This document shows positions 31,961 to 47,528 of a DNA stretch of 64,000 nucleotides, one piece after another. The stretch comes from the human T2T-CHM13v2.0 reference genome, Homo sapiens. The position numbers and the translations under genes are program-made. The notes beneath the pieces are model-generated. The model saw nothing but the letters and a program-made list of their open reading frames with translations, searched no databases and was not told the DNA's origin. Numbering within the stretch: the stretch's first letter is position 1; each line of letters starts with the position of its first letter. The stretch is from NCBI RefSeq assembly GCF_009914755.1, contig NC_060945.1. One strand, 5' to 3'.

Positions 31961-32677
31961 GACAGGATGCCAGGATGCCAGGACAGATTGATTACAAATA
32001 ACCTGCAAATGCTTGGCACCCTGTAAGTACTGATTTTATTTGCCCTTTATTTAGAGTTAGATTTGTTGTTAGATGGTATTGAGTTATATGGAAGTGCAGG
32101 TAGATGTGGATGCATATGACTGGTGCTTAAACGCACGCAGTGCCCCACACCACAGGAGAAAAACACACAGTTACAGACAGACAATTAGGTCCAAAGCCAA
32201 ATAGCAAAATAAGGAGTTTGACTTTTATCTATTCCCTCCACATCTGAACTCTGGAGGTCAAGGCTGTAAAGAGATCTGAAGACATGGTGTTCTCCCCTCC
32301 TGGGGCCCCATCATTTTTTGTTTACTGTTTGATATTTGAAAGGAAGAGAAACTCCCATCAAACAGCAACTGGGAGACAGTGGTCTCTACGTGACACTCTC
32401 TGCTTGCAGCCCCTGATCTCTCTAGGGGCACTGACCCTCCCACCCTTGAGCCTGAGGAGAAAAGTTAGTAGAGAGAGGCCAGTAGTTGGTAGGGAGAGAG
32501 CCCACTTCCAGCAGAAAAGAGGTGTTCAGGCCTTCACCTCCCTGAGATCGGAGCATCAGAGCCCTCATGGCTGCTGGTTTGAAGTAAAATGTGCTGCAAA
32601 CATAAAATACACAGCGAGTTTAAAAGATTTAGATCCAAAATATTTATAATTATTTGTTGACCACACATGAAAAATAA

Positions 32678-33012
<335 letters not shown>

Positions 33013-33399
33013 AGTCTTTTTATTACTATTTTTGATCTGGCTAATAAAACATTTAAAATTCACAATAGCTAACGTTTTATTTTTTAGAGGATTGCTTCTC
33101 TCTTAAAATCTTAGGTGTCCCACTCCAAAGACCGGCGGCCAGAAAGGTTATGAAATCTGAAATATTAAATAATTGTCATTATATTGCTTCCATTTGTGAA
33201 CAACGTGTGTGTGTGTTTTATAAACGAACATAACCTTCATAACGTTATACACCACAATGCTAAAAAATGACCCCTGGTTAGAGCCAGGCGCAGCACAGAC
33301 AGAAAGCCCTGCCTGAAAGTGACTGGAGCCAAGAGCCTGACACTCTCGGCTCATTCCGTACAGTGTATGGTAGCATCTTCTGACACGCAAGGCCTGAGG

Positions 33400-33500
33400 G
33401 CGCGGTGCCTGCACTACTATCCAATCAGGGCGCTGGGGTGGGAACTGTCCAATCAGGCGCGCAGCCAGGGAGGAAGGGGCGGCTTCCGGAATCTGGCGCG
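33400..33500 (+). promoter_or_regulatory. ZNF91-family KRAB-ZNF-type TATA-less promoter
   Basis: Tandem CCAATCAGG boxes (33421 and 33449), GC box GGGGCGG (33476-33482) and ETS-type CTTCCGG (33483-33489), within a CpG-rich stretch running to about 33990. Confidence 0.8.
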
Positions 33501-33666
33501 GCCTTTGTCTCACTTCAGCCAGAGAGCGGGGTTAGGGCTTCATTGCCTTGTGTCCTCTGCTCCGGGAGACTTCGGTGATTCTGCCACTCCCTCCGTCGCT
33601 CTGTGACCTGCTGGCATTGAATGATTTATAGCTAAGACTCCAGGACACCCCTGAAGCCGAGAAATG
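33495..33666 (+). pseudogene. KRAB-ZNF (ZNF91 subfamily, ZNF519-like) exon 1 ending at the initiator ATG; orphan, possibly the first exon of a lncRNA
   Basis: GGACACCCCTGAAGCCGAGAAATG|GTGAGT is the characteristic exon-1 end of this family. The 5' boundary is approximate. Confidence 0.75.
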
Positions 33667-35984
33667 GTGAGTGTGGGGGGCAGGGCGTCCCGAGACTGGG
33701 GAGGGGACTCCTTGGAACCGGCTGGACATGGCGGTGACGGGACCTAGTCTGCGAGTCGAGTCCTCTGCAGCTCAGCCCTCAGTCCCCTCCGGTGCAGGGA
33801 CTCCGGGCGTCCTGTCCTGTCCCTGCACGGCGGCTTTGGCCCCAGCCTGTAGCCCTCTTTGCGCAGCTCTGCGCCCGCAGCCCTGCATCTTCCCCAGGTT
33901 GTGAGGTGATGAGGCGAAAGTCATCGGAAAGACGCCGACTCGGTGTGCAGGGTTCCTGCGTGGAAGGAGCTGTGGTCCGTGGGGTCCCCCGTCCCTACCT
34001 TACCCTGTTCAGAATTAGACTGAGGCACCATTAAAACATAGACAGCTTATATGAGTAAACAGTGATTAATTAATGGGACAGCGCTCAGCAATGGTTTGTG
34101 GTTTGGGGGCTACTAGAAGGTCTTGAAAGAAAGGCTTGTATAAGGTGTGTGAGGAAGCAAAGACAATTAAATAATTGGGTACAGTTATGTAGTCGCTTTA
34201 TTTGGAGTGTCTGGGTGGAAATTTCCTGGTTATGTAATCAGGGATTAATTGGAGGTTTGTAGTTGTTTAAGCTTGAATTTCGTTTCCTCCTAAGGTAGTA
34301 ACTTAGAAAAAATGCATTTGAGTTAGGTTTCTTTTTTTACATAGAGGCCTAGACCACTAGAGCCATTTCAATCTAATTGACTGCTATGTAATTATTTTAA
34401 CTTTAATCAAAGACACTGGTTTTCGCCTGCATTTTCCAAATGTGTGGCAAGCAGGGTCTCACATCCACTACTCTGTTCTGCCAGCCTAACCTGGCTTGAA
34501 GTAAAATCTTAAATTTCCGGTTTCTTGCTGACATTCCCCAAAGCCAACTTCTCCCCTCCCATACATTATCAACTATTTTTGTCCTTTATTGCACATTTCA
34601 GAAACAGTATTTTAATTAATCACTTTTTCACAGAGCAGTGGATGGCAATTTGTAAAATACTTGTTTTCTACTTACAAATATTTCACATGAGAAAAAAGCA
34701 GAAAATAATCCCCTGGCACTCAGCTGTAAAAAATCTTTCTGCTGTTTCTCCTTGTATCCTCCCTTAGCACAAACGCCCTTAGTAGGACATCTTGGGATTG
34801 AGGTTTTCCTTGGGAAACTTTATGGGGCAATGTTTCCTTAGCCACATTCGGGCCTTTTTCTAGTCCTGAGTTTTAGAACTGTCTTGAGATGGCCCAAGAT
34901 ACAAACCAGAGCCATGTCTTTTGGGAGTTCTGGTGAATATCAGCCCTTTGGTAATCTTCCAGAGGACACAATGAGGGATGGGAGTACAGCTTCTCAAAGG
35001 AGCAGCTGAATGCCCTGGGGGTGAGAGAAATATCCAGGCTTACCCTTCCTGTAAAAAAAGAATCCCTTGGGATTTTTAAGATTTTTTTTTTTTTTTTTTC
35101 CCCCAACCCCAGTTTTCATTCCATGGAAACACATTGCTTGTCAGCCAATCAGATGCTGGTATTCAGAGAAAAAGATAGACTATTCCTGTCTTCTGAATTG
35201 TCTTATATTTGCGAAGGGAGAGAAACTAACCTGAAGGACAAGAAAAACCCACCCCAGGGAGGCAGTGCAAGAACCTGCAAAGCAAAAAGCGGAGTGGGGC
35301 ACAGTGCAGTGTCTCCTGGGAGGGTGGGCATTGAGCACTTCAGTGAGGAGTATGGGGGTGAGAGAAAGTCCCAAGGGATAAGGTGGCCTGATTTGACACT
35401 TGAGTCAGATGTCCCTGTTCCAGAAAGCACTGCCACTCCCTGAGTTCGTCCCCCTGTATAGATTTGCTCACTTATTTCAACTTCGGTTTTTTTAATTAAC
35501 TGTAAATTGGATCTCAAAGGATAGGCAGAAAAGGGCTTTTAAAAAAAGTTGGAAAGAGCAAATCAGATTAGAAGGAAGGTGAGAGAGGGTGGGCAGAATG
35601 AAGGGTGGCAAAATCAGATTCTAAATCAGAGAGCGTTCAACCCTGAAGTCAGCTTTTTCTTAGGAGGTTAATAAAGAGAGATTGAATGTTGAATCAGGCT
35701 GAGAATAGGTCAAAGTTCAGGGATCTGAACAAATAGGCTTTTTTTTTTTTTTTTTTTTTACCATCGAAGATGAAATTGTTCAGCCAATTGTATATGAGAA
35801 AAAGATGGAAATGTGTGGTCCGTGTCTGACTCTGTGGTAGGTTTAGAAAAAAAGAAGAGAGAGTATTATTGAAGTCACAATGGGAAGGGTGTCTCTTTTC
35901 GTTAAGCTGATTTCGGAGAACAAAAAGCATGAGGAATTTTTTGTCACAGCTATTTAGCAGAATTACCTACCTGCCCCAGCTTTC

Positions 35985-36345
35985 ACCACCACTTTTTCTT
36001 GCCCTATGCATCTCTGCCATGTGGCTGTTCCTGAGCTGTATCTTCAATAATAAACTGGTATATGTAAGTACAGTGCTTTGCTGAGTTCTGTGAATAGTTC
36101 TATCAAATTATTGAGCTTGAGGAGGGGAATGTGGAAGCCCTTGATTTGTAGGAAGTAGTTGAGAAATAAAGATAGGTATCCAGAGGCATGTGACTGGCAT
36201 CGGCAGTGGGGACAGTGTTATGGGACTTAGCCTGAACTTGTGGGATCTATGCTGACTCCGGGCGGTGTTGGAATTGAGGTGTTGGACAGCTAGTTGGTGT
36301 TGGATAATTGGTTGGTGTTCAGCAAACTCCTTACGTTTTGTGTCA
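35985..36345 (+). mobile_element. ERV LTR fragment (MER21/MER77-like)
   Basis: CCCTATGCATCTC...GGCTGTTCCTGAG...AATAAACTGG...GCTGAGTTCTGTGA...TTTGTGTCA. Confidence 0.55.
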
Positions 36346-37228
36346 GAAGAAAGACATCACTGGGGCCTGGTCTACAAGGAGACTCCAGGTGTCTGAGGGA
36401 AGTGAGGCTTTGTTCTGCACACAGGCTTGTCGTCACCCTGTGCGTTGTCCTGTAATTCCAGGTCTCCTCCTACTGTGAGATGGAACGAGAGCTTAGAGTG
36501 AAGGAGCTCTGAGAACCTATTCCCTCCCCTGACCCTGCTGCCAGCCCCTACATGCTTCTAACCCACTCCTGAACATAACCACTAAAAATTGATCTGGCTA
36601 CATTCCTCCCACGACAAAGTTTTACCCTCAGGAATTGTGCTCACAACAGCTTTCCTCCTAGAGATTTCTGCCGAGAACATACACAGGTGCCTAGAAGACT
36701 CCTGGCTTATCTAAACTGTAGACAATGAATCTCTATCGGGAACCTGTTTTTTTCACCAACCCAGGTTTCTTGGACTACCTGATCATAATCTCTTCTGATT
36801 GTGTGAACACAGGAATAAGTCAGAACATAGCGCTGCCTGAGCCTGTATCTGTAGCACAAACCAGTTCCTTAACCAATTCTGCCCTGCATCCCCACCCATA
36901 GTTCTTGATAGCATCTTTCTCTTTTCTGCTTTTTTCTTCCCCACAAATCCTCTTTCACGTGTACACAGTGTGCCCAAGGCCATCCCTCCAGTGCCTGAAT
37001 CCAGTGCCTACTAGAAGTCAGATGTTAATGAGTTCAAGACCATGCCTTTAGACCCGGCTATTGTAGGAGCAAATACAAATTAGAAAGAAAAGGTTTAATG
37101 CTTTCTCTTTAAAATGAGGGAAGAATTTTTGCTCTTCTTTCTTTTCTTAAAGCATTTAGTTTGAAAACCTTTCTCTACTTCTTTGAAATATATGTAAATC
37201 ATTTTTATCAGTTAAATAGGTCATTTGG

Positions 37229-37230
<2 letters not shown>

Positions 37231-37268
<38 letters not shown>
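37231..37268 (+). repeat. (GT)19 microsatellite
   Basis: Perfect dinucleotide run. Confidence 0.97.
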
Positions 37269-37274
<6 letters not shown>

Positions 37275-37602
37275 TTGACTCAGAATTGTCTTAATCTAGG
37301 ACCTGGGAACTATTGCTTTGAAATGTAATTAGCAAGTTTATACACCCTATCCCACAGTTTCTGTAGGAGAGTAGAAGGCTGCCTTCAGCAGGTGTCTAAC
37401 TCCACATTGCAACACTACCTCCTGTCATGAAGATGAGGGAAGTTTATTTTTCCTTTAAACATTACCAATTAGAAAACCCAGATGACAGCCCAAATTATAA
37501 TAAGCTGTGTATGACAAATGGTACAGTTGAGTACTAATTATGTTGACCTTTCTCTGTTTGCAATCTCTTAGTATATTGCCTGTGATGCACATCACATTTT
37601 AG

Positions 37603-37970
<368 letters not shown>

Positions 37971-39953
37971 GGTGGAGAGTTTTTTAGGGTCAGAAATGAG
38001 TTTGCTTTCAGTTATGTTTTCCACACTGTCCAGCATTACTACATGTTATACACAAGGTGCCCAACAGGCTTCACTTTAGAGAGAACTTTCTTTCTCAGGA
38101 TTCCAGTCCCAACCCACAATTGTGCAGCAAAGTGCCCCCCAAATCTTCAAACAGAATGGTCTCTCTTTGGAATCTACAGTCCCTTCTAGAGCAGGGAGAG
38201 TAGATTTTTACAAAAATAACTTTTCAGGATAGCAGTCAAGTATTCCACCTCCGTTAGTGCTCCTGGCATCTTCACATCTGACACTGATTCAGAGATCATG
38301 GGGCACATAAACCCAATTAGGATCACACATGTGCATTAATTAAACCTGAAAAGTTCAACTCCCTCCCACCTCCCCTTGCCCAAATGCCCACACATGTGCC
38401 ACCGCTCATCAGCCCTTCAAGACCTAAATGTGCAGCTCCAGATTTTGAATTTATGTCCTGGGATTTGAGAGAAGAAAAGGTGTTGAAGGAGCCTCCATGA
38501 GAAGATCTTTCCTCTGGTTTTACTCTGCTTGCTGTAACCCCCAAGAATGCAGAGGCACATTGATCCCACCTAGAATCTGCACATAAAAGCTGGCCTCTGC
38601 CTAGGATTCACAAGACAGGGCCAGACTTTGGGTTGAAGACATACAGAAAACTCACAGAAGACATTTTCTGCATCATAAGAGGTCAACATAGACATCTTAA
38701 GCATCAGTTTCAGAGTGGAGCCCTTTGAGTTTTCCAGATCTTGTCCAGTGACCTGCTGCAGCTCTGTGAGAGGCTTCTGGTGTCAACAGAATCCTGTAAG
38801 TTAAACAAGCACCTTAGCAGTGGGAGGTCAGAGCTACAAAATAACCAGAGCCATAATCACAACTGTGCCTCCTTGTAAACTGTTAGTGGAGTAGAGTATT
38901 TTTGTTCTTCCCCTTACCTCAGACTTAGCTGGACAGGGACGGGATATTACAGCTAGATTCGGGATCTGTCGCTCCACCAGAGCAGAACCATTTTCTATAA
39001 TATTTGCACCCCACAAAGCCTGAGTGTCTCCTGTCTCAGGATCATTATGGAGGCATCAGCCCATAGTCACTGGGGACGCTCTCACCAGCACCTGTGAATT
39101 TTGGAGACATTTGAGGATGTCCTGTGCAAATTGGGGTCTGTCTGACTACAAGGTTTAATTCTGCCCCCATTTTAGAGGAAGAGAAATGGTTCAGCCAGGG
39201 TTTGTTCCTCCCCTCACAGAAATAATTTCCTTGATTTGTACCCAGATGGGAGTTGCTTCAGTTTTCTGGTTCTTTGGTGAAAAATGAGGAGATCTGGAGA
39301 CTCAAACTGGTCAATAAGCTAATTGCTTCTATTTCATATGTCATTAGAAAAAGAGATGAAGCAGTCATGGTCCCTACCATGAAGGAACTTGCAGTCTAGA
39401 GCACATGAATAAGTAGTTGAATTCAGCATCATGTGTTAAGCACAAAGACGGAAGGTGTAGAGGAGACTTAAGCTTCATTTGGGTCACATCCCTTGTTTTG
39501 AGTTTTGATGCCACCAACTGAAGGTCTATTCAAGGACAGAAGAGAAGTTATTATTTGTATTGTTTTTACCTTGCTAAGAATAAATATTTACCTTCTAATA
39601 TAATTGCTCTAGGAAAACGTAAGGGTTTTGGTTAAATTCCTTCTTATCGTATGTTACAAAATAGGGAAGTGGCTAAAATAGATTAAAATTGCACAAACTC
39701 TGAAAATCAGATTTCTCTTGGTCAGGCTTAGAAAAGATAAAACTGAAAATTCTTAGCAGCATGGAGATCTGTCCCAACCCTGCGCAGATCCACCCTCTAC
39801 TGCTAAACTTTCTCCAGGTCTGATCCCACACTGAAATCTCTCACAGAACTGCCTAGAGGAGATCAGAGTTTGGAGTGACTACCCCTACTGCCTCTCCACA
39901 GCTGGTGCTCACAATTTCCTGAAACCCAAAAGGAGATAAAAGGGGAAAAACTA

Positions 39954-40289
<336 letters not shown>

Positions 40290-41089
40290 TTAAAACCAGT
40301 GTTTCTAGAGACATCCCATCCAGCAACCTGTTCTCCATTCCTGCAGTTTCAATGATTTCTTCACAAGTCTCAAAGTAAATACAAACACTGAATTGCAGTT
40401 AACAGTTCCTTTCTGTATCTCTCCATCTGTCTAAAATGAGCTATTATTCTATACATTTTATTTTAAAATCAATGATAGGAAAACAGAAGAAATAGAAATG
40501 GCAGGCCCTGCATTTAAATCCTGGGAAGTGTGGGACAATTAGTACCCACCTCTGCAGAAACCTGTTATGAGAATTAACACATAATGTGAGCTTCCCAGCA
40601 CAGTGCTCTGTGACATACTCCTGAGCACATAGTACATGCTCCATAAACATTGCATTAATGCTTGTGCACATGTTTTTCAACTGCAGACTTATTCAGACAT
40701 TGCCATTATCTCCAGCCTGTGTAAACTATGTAAAAGGGCCTGCAGAGAATGCCAAGTTTCAGGCTGATGATTGGTGGTCTTTTCTTTGGATGAAGGATAT
40801 GTGTGTTGTGATAAGGGTGTTGGGATAAGGGATTCTGTGAAAATTTCTGAAGCTTTTATGAGGAAAAAATCCGTGCCTGCAATATTTATAATTTAGTTTA
40901 ATCATTAAAAAATACTTGTTCATCAAATAATGAGTATACAAATTAACTTAAATCCACTTAGATGCTCACATAGGATGAAAGAAACTTTCAGTATAGTTAT
41001 ATTCATGACAATAAATACTTTGGTGTTCAGCTTCCTGAAAGCCACCTTACACTGCACGGAGTTAAATTTAGTGCTTGCAATCCTTGCCA

Positions 41090-41240
41090 CTGAAAGATCC
41101 AAGGACCAGCAGCATCAACATTACCAGGGAGTTTGATAGATTCGCACAGTCCCAAATACTGCACCAGAATTATGGACTCAGAATCTCCATTTTGACAGGA
41201 TCCCCAGGCTGTGTCTATGCATAATGGTGTTTGTGAGGCT
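41090..41240. mobile_element. MER5-like DNA transposon fragment
   Basis: GGACCAGCAGCATCAACATTACC...TCAGAATCTCCATTTTGACAGGATCCCCAGG. Confidence 0.6.
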
Positions 41241-43549
41241 AGGAGCTGGTGTCAGATCTGGTAGTGCAAGGCACCTTCCTCCTCCTTGAATATTTATAGC
41301 TAAATGGTCAGTTTCTCTAAACCAGCATATAGGTAGGGCAAAGAAGCATTTTGGATGATAGCTACAATTGAGTGAAATGTTAAACACATGTGATTATATT
41401 AAATAATTATATCCAAGTCTCTTACTCAGCAATTTAATTCTTAGTGGCATTTTATCTTGCAAACATTTGCCACACGTTAGTATGTGATTTGTTTACACCT
41501 GTCTCACTTGAATATTTGGTAAAACATTACTTTTACTCTAATCCTGTTGAAGTAATAGAAGGAAATCTATTTTCATGTACTCACTCATTGAATAAGCATT
41601 TAATGAGCAGAAAGGTCAATTAAGAGTCTGTTACATTCTTGCTGGCAAAAGATGGCAAGGGCCAAAGGTGGGGCCAGAAGTTCTCGAGCTTTTAGATGGA
41701 GTCAGCTTCATACCCAGGCAGGAGGGCAAGGGTACAGAGAATCCACAGAATCTGAAGGCTCCTACATACTTTATCTACAATGTTCTTCATGTCATTCCAC
41801 TTTGCGTACAATATTGCAATTATTGCTTTAAATGAACAAATTTCTAAGATATCCTCGTCTATCCATTCATTACACTGTAAAAAATGAATTAAATCCTTTA
41901 TTATACAAGCATCTTAGACAGAAATCAAATGTAATTCATCGCACATGCTGTCAGCTAATTAAAGTATTTGTACCACAGATTCCTCAGCCTTTTATATAAA
42001 CTTGGAGGAGCACTGGGGTCTTATTCCAGGAGAAAAGCAAATGAATCTGCATTTTCCTCTTATTTAATTTATGCCACAATAACAGTAGCTTCAGTGCAGA
42101 GCTGCAGCTTCAAGCTTTACATTTACCCTGGAAGGTAAATGTGCACCTTCCGAAAACTGCCTGCAAGTAAAAAGAAGGAAATTACACGTTAAAAAATTTT
42201 TAAATTGGGAAGAACTGGTTTTTCCTCCTCCTGCTACATTCAGAGTTCTGTCTTAAGTATCATTCCCCCTCACCTTGCTATTTACTTTTCTCCTGATCTC
42301 AGCCCAGTGGGAACTGAGATACTGGAGAAAGTCTATTTTTTCCCTAGTTTTACAGTGTGACAGAAGAAAGTTTAAGTGATAGGCAAATGAAGGAAATGCA
42401 AGTCCTCAATATTCAGAACTAATTTACCAGGTTCTTGGCATGCTGAGAAACTCACTAGGTTTGTGGTCTTTTTGTGAATAAGAGCACATTTTCACCTAGG
42501 ACTGGCAGGTGGTCACAGCTCAGCTAAAGAGAGTCCCATTAGACAGCTCATTCTGCTGTCATGTAACTAAGTGATTTTTTTCCCTGAAAGTTTATGTACT
42601 ATATTCTATATAGAACACTATATAGAACATTTGCGCCTCATGCAGGGAACTGTTATTGTGGCATAAATTTAATTTAGCATTTTGACTTAAAAATTATTGG
42701 GCAAGTACTGTGTGCAGGATGCTCCTAAGTAATTGGCAGTGGCTATAAATACTTTAAGCAATTTTTCCAACCCTATGCTGGGAAGAATTCCTGCCACAAC
42801 ATATCATAAAGGTAGTAAGGGCAGTAAAGAGCCCTAGAAGCTCAGTGTTGAAAGAAACATCTACCGGTTATCTAGTGCAGCTACCTTCTGATGCTTAAAT
42901 TCGCTTCTGCAATAGAAGGGTTGAATGCTAGTTTAGTCTCTGCTTGACTGTCTGTGGGGACAGGGAGCTCTCCACTTGATGAAAGATCTTTAGACCTCTG
43001 AGACACCTTAGTATGTTTGTGTTCTCACCCCCTTATTTCATGGTATATCCTTTGGTTTAACATAACAAGTCGATTCCCTCTCCCACATTAGGTCCTTTTA
43101 CATACTTTAAGATACTTATTTTTAATTTTCATGACATTTCTCTTACAGCTTAAAAATCCCAGGCTATTTATTATTATTATATTATTTTTCTCATATATAA
43201 CATGGCTTCCAAGTCTTAACTTACCTGGTCATTTTTCACTAGATGCTAAGTTGTCTCTTTTCATCTTAAAGAGAGATTCTTAACACAGCATCATTCTCAG
43301 GCATGGCCAGACCTGTAGGGAAGAAGGTAGAACTTACTCTTTATCCCACTTTAAATATTCTGCTTTTATAAATAGAGCCCCCATTTTTATTAATTATTGA
43401 ATCTGGTTGGATTGCCACATAATGTCTTTTCATACTGCTTTGCAATACTTCAGACATACTTGTATGGAATCTGAACATTAATGTTTCCCATCAGGATGAA
43501 AGAATAAAGGGACTAAGATAGTACACTCTTGAATTACAAGCTAAGTCTT

Positions 43550-43887
43550 TGTATTAGTCTCTTTTCATGCTGCTAATAAAGACATACCCGAGACTGGGAA
43601 GAAAAATAGGTTGAATGGATTCACAGTTTCACATGCTGGGGAGGCCTCACAATCACGGCAGAAGGCAAAAGGCACTTCTCACATGGCAGAGGCAAGAGAG
43701 AATGAGAGAGAAGCAAAAGTGGAAACCCCTTATAAAACCATCAGATTTTGTGAGACTGATTCACTACCACGAGAACAGTATGCGGGAAGTCGCCCCGGTG
43801 ATTCAGTTATCTCCCACAACACGTGGGAACTATGGAAGTACAATTCAAGATGAGATTTGGGTGGGGACACAGAGCCAAATCATATCA
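43550..43887 (-). mobile_element. THE1 (MaLR) solo LTR
   Basis: The minus strand starts TGATATGATTTGGCTCTGTGTCCCCACCCAAATCTCATCTTGAATTG and ends ACTAATACA; 5-bp TSD GTCTT. Confidence 0.92.
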
Positions 43888-46800
43888 GTCTTAATTTGAA
43901 TCTGAAGCTTGCCCAGCATTTTCTCACGTCACCTTAATTTGCAAAAGTGGAGCTTGGGTGAAATGAGGAATGAAAGTAAGAGAGAAAGAGAAGGAGGTCA
44001 TATTGAGTGTAAAAAATGTGGCAATATAATACAGGAGAAAAAATGTTTGCTGTGGAATATTAGGGGAAAAATAACACAACAAATGAGTTCTAGTCCGTGA
44101 GCTCTCATTTGTCAACCCTGTTGATCTTGGGAAACATAGATAAGTTATCTGATCTTTAATTTTGTGATTTTTGAAGTGAAAAACACTATAATATTGCATA
44201 AATATAATGGAAATAATCAAATGAGATATTAGGTGAAAGCATTTATCTTATATTCATGTGTAATGCACACGTTCTTTCTTCCTTTCTCATCCTTGCAGTC
44301 GCATTCTCTTCCTTTTACGTCTTTCATTCCATTTAGGTGTCAAAACCACAAGTCTGGGAAAGGAATAATATGTAAGAGCAAAGATGCCTACTAGGTGGGC
44401 ACATAGAGAGCTCCTGGTGGGACAGGGACTGCAAGAGAAGAGCCACTGCTTGGAGAGATTTCTCAAAAACTCTGCCTTATGTAAATGAATTTCAACAGCA
44501 AAGTGATGACATATCCACACATTTAAATAAAATCCTTCCCCTTTCCCTGGCAGTTAATATATTGAAATATTGTATCATGTTTATCAAAGGAAAACACCAC
44601 CAAAGACCTGCTTTTTATTCTTGGCAGGTGTCCCTAATCCAGAATGACACTCTTCCCACTGACCTGGACAGGCTTTCTGGTATCAAGTCCCCCTTCCAGG
44701 TAGCCATTAACAACTATTCCAAGTTGGCATTAGAGACTAAACTAGATGGTCATAATTGGTCCTGTCTAAAATGAGAGCCATGGGGAATGCCCAATTATGA
44801 TTGGCTGTTTCCTTCCATGTTTGTGTGTGTGTGTGGGTGTCCTGATGAGGTGGTTCTCCAGATACTTGTATCTGGTATCCAGATTTTCTCTGCTTCTCCA
44901 CAGCAAGAAATGATGTAGGGCATCTCTAGGCTTGTCTTTTGCCCCTAATCCAGACTCATGGGTCTCGGGGATTAAGGGTCCTCCACCAATTCATAAGACC
45001 TTCACCTATTCTCCTTGTTACCATCATCACAAAACTTCTGTTTCTGATTGCTCCTGCTCCTCTCCCATATTTTTATTTGTCTTAGAGAAGAAAATACTTG
45101 AATTAATTTAGGTTAGTTTTTTTTCTGAGTTGTTGGTACGGTCTTCCTTGACCTTAATGTTTTTATTCCATGTTGTTATATGTACTCTGTTGGGCTCTCA
45201 AGAATCTTTTTATTATGCAATCTCTAAAAGTAACCTAAGAAATAAATTTTTATTTGATTGACAATGAAAATAAATGTCTCTGCAGTATGCAATTATGACA
45301 CATAGATTAGTTTTGAGAAAGTATTTGGTTGGTATATTTAATGTTGGACAGTGCTTCTTTAACAAGTGTATTAAACCACTCCAACAAAACTTGGTAAGAG
45401 AAAGAGTCTCCTTCAGTTTCCTTCCTGGAACTTAAGCTCATCACGGTAGGATACCCAGAATAGAAGGAAAATTGGCACTTTTTCATTGCTTGACTGGTCT
45501 GTCTTACATCTATCCTGATGCTGGCTTCAGGCAGAAAATCTCTCTGTTACTAGCTTTGAAATTTTCACAAGATATTGCAGTAATATTTAGTGATGAAGTA
45601 GGGCATTCTAAAGAATATCAGTAAGGGGTTTTCTTCTTCCTCATAGCACCCATAAGACCTTCTCTACTCCCCCACATACAAAATTTGTACCTCAGTTTTC
45701 CACATGTGGGTGCCTGGAATCTTTCTCCTATCTCCTGCTGATGTGCCCCATTAGCCAAACCCACACAGAAGCCAGAGAGGCATAGGAGAAACCTGGTGAT
45801 GTAACCCAAACAGGCAGCCCTCCCAGGTGGAGAACATTTTGGAGATAGGTAGAAAGTGAATCTATAGGATCAAATTGAAAATATGTGACACACTCTTCAT
45901 CTGCTTATTTATTGAGTACACACACACACACACAGACATGCTACTTTGCTATTAAAACACACAAACACATATATTTAAAAATTAGCAAAAATTGAAGCTA
46001 AAGCCAAGTAATTTCAAACTTGACATAATAAAATCATTTGGATACTAATAATTCAGCTATGTGCAAAGCACTTGGTAGGCACTGCAAGCAGCAGAGATGT
46101 ATGTGAGGAAAAGCAGCTGTTTCCAAAGAGCGTATAGTTAAGCAATGAAATCAGATAGCATTTTATCTCCTAGAAAGCAAAGTGTTAAGTGTAGGTGAAA
46201 CTTGGACAGTAGGATCCAGATTTGAATGCAAATAGCAACTTCTAAAATCAGAAATGTATCTTTATTAGCACCGAGGATGTGCCTATTTGAAAACAGATGA
46301 AGCAAATGAGGAGCAAGCATTCTCTTGGGAAAAATGTGGACCATACAAATCCAGCAATGACATGATTACCGGGACCCCAAAATGTTCTGAAACCCTGCGT
46401 AATGACCACCTATGAGGCTTATGACTCCTCTAGAGTGAAGTTTGCTTAATCTTTTTCTCTGATGTCTTCCTTAGTTATCTTCTTTTTAAATTAGAAAAAT
46501 TAAAACGTAGTTCCTTGGTTTTCAACATTTTTTCAAGTCTGGATGTTAATTTTTTCATGATACTACATGAGGTCAGACTCAATGGTAAAATCAATTAATG
46601 TATTTTGCTTGGAAGTCATTCTTGAAGTGAAAAAACGTTCTGCTATACTTTTGGTTTCAGCCTCTCTTTATGTTAATGAATACTAAAGAAAACAAAAGTA
46701 GCCACCTAGTTGCAAAGCATGCGCTTGTTAATCACATCACTACATAAATAAAATAAGGCTATTTACACAATTGCAAAGAATCTCTTTACATTTGATTTAC

Positions 46801-46914
46801 TGTTTTCCAAGCAGCAGCTCATGTAAGAGAGATGTTAACAGATTAAATTTCCCTTAGCATCATTCTACATCCTCGGTCAATGGATAATCTACTAGCACTG
46901 GCTCTACAACTTTA

Positions 46915-47528
46915 CTTATTTATTTTTTAACTTTTATTTTAGGTTCAGGGTTACATGTGAAGGTTTGTTATGTAGGTAAACTCGTGTCACAGGGGTTTGT
47001 TGTACAGATTATTTCATCACTCTGGTATTAAGCCCAGTACCAAATAGTTACCATTTCTGCCCTTCTCCCTCCTCCCACCCTCCCCCATCAAGTAGACCCC
47101 AGTGTCTGTTGTTTCCTTCTTTGTGTTCATAACTTCTTATCATTTAGCCCCCACTTATAAGTGAGAACATGCAGCATTTAGTTTTCCGTTCCTATGTTAG
47201 TTTGTTAAGGAAAATAGCCTCCAGCTCCATCCATGTTCCTGCAAAAGACATAATCTTGTTCTCTTTGATAGCTTCATAGTATTCTATGGTATATATGTAC
47301 CACATTTTCTTTACCCAGTCTGTCCCTGATGGGCGTGTATGTTGATTCCATGTCTTTGCTATTGTGAATAGTGCTGGAATGCATTCTGTGTGCATGTGTC
47401 TTTATGGTATAATGATTTATATTTTTCTGGGTAGATACTCAGTAATGGGATTGCTGGGTCGAGTGACAGCTCTGCTTTTAGCTCTCTGAGGAATCATCAT
47501 ACTGCTTTTCTCAATGGTTGAACTAATT
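46915..47528 (-). mobile_element. 5'-truncated L1PA (older, about L1PA13-16) 3' end
   Basis: ORF2 C-terminal peptide ALFTIAKTWNQ...MWYIYTIEYY...MSFAGTWMELEA plus 3' UTR; degenerate TSD GCT(C/T)TACA(A/T)CTTTA. Confidence 0.9.
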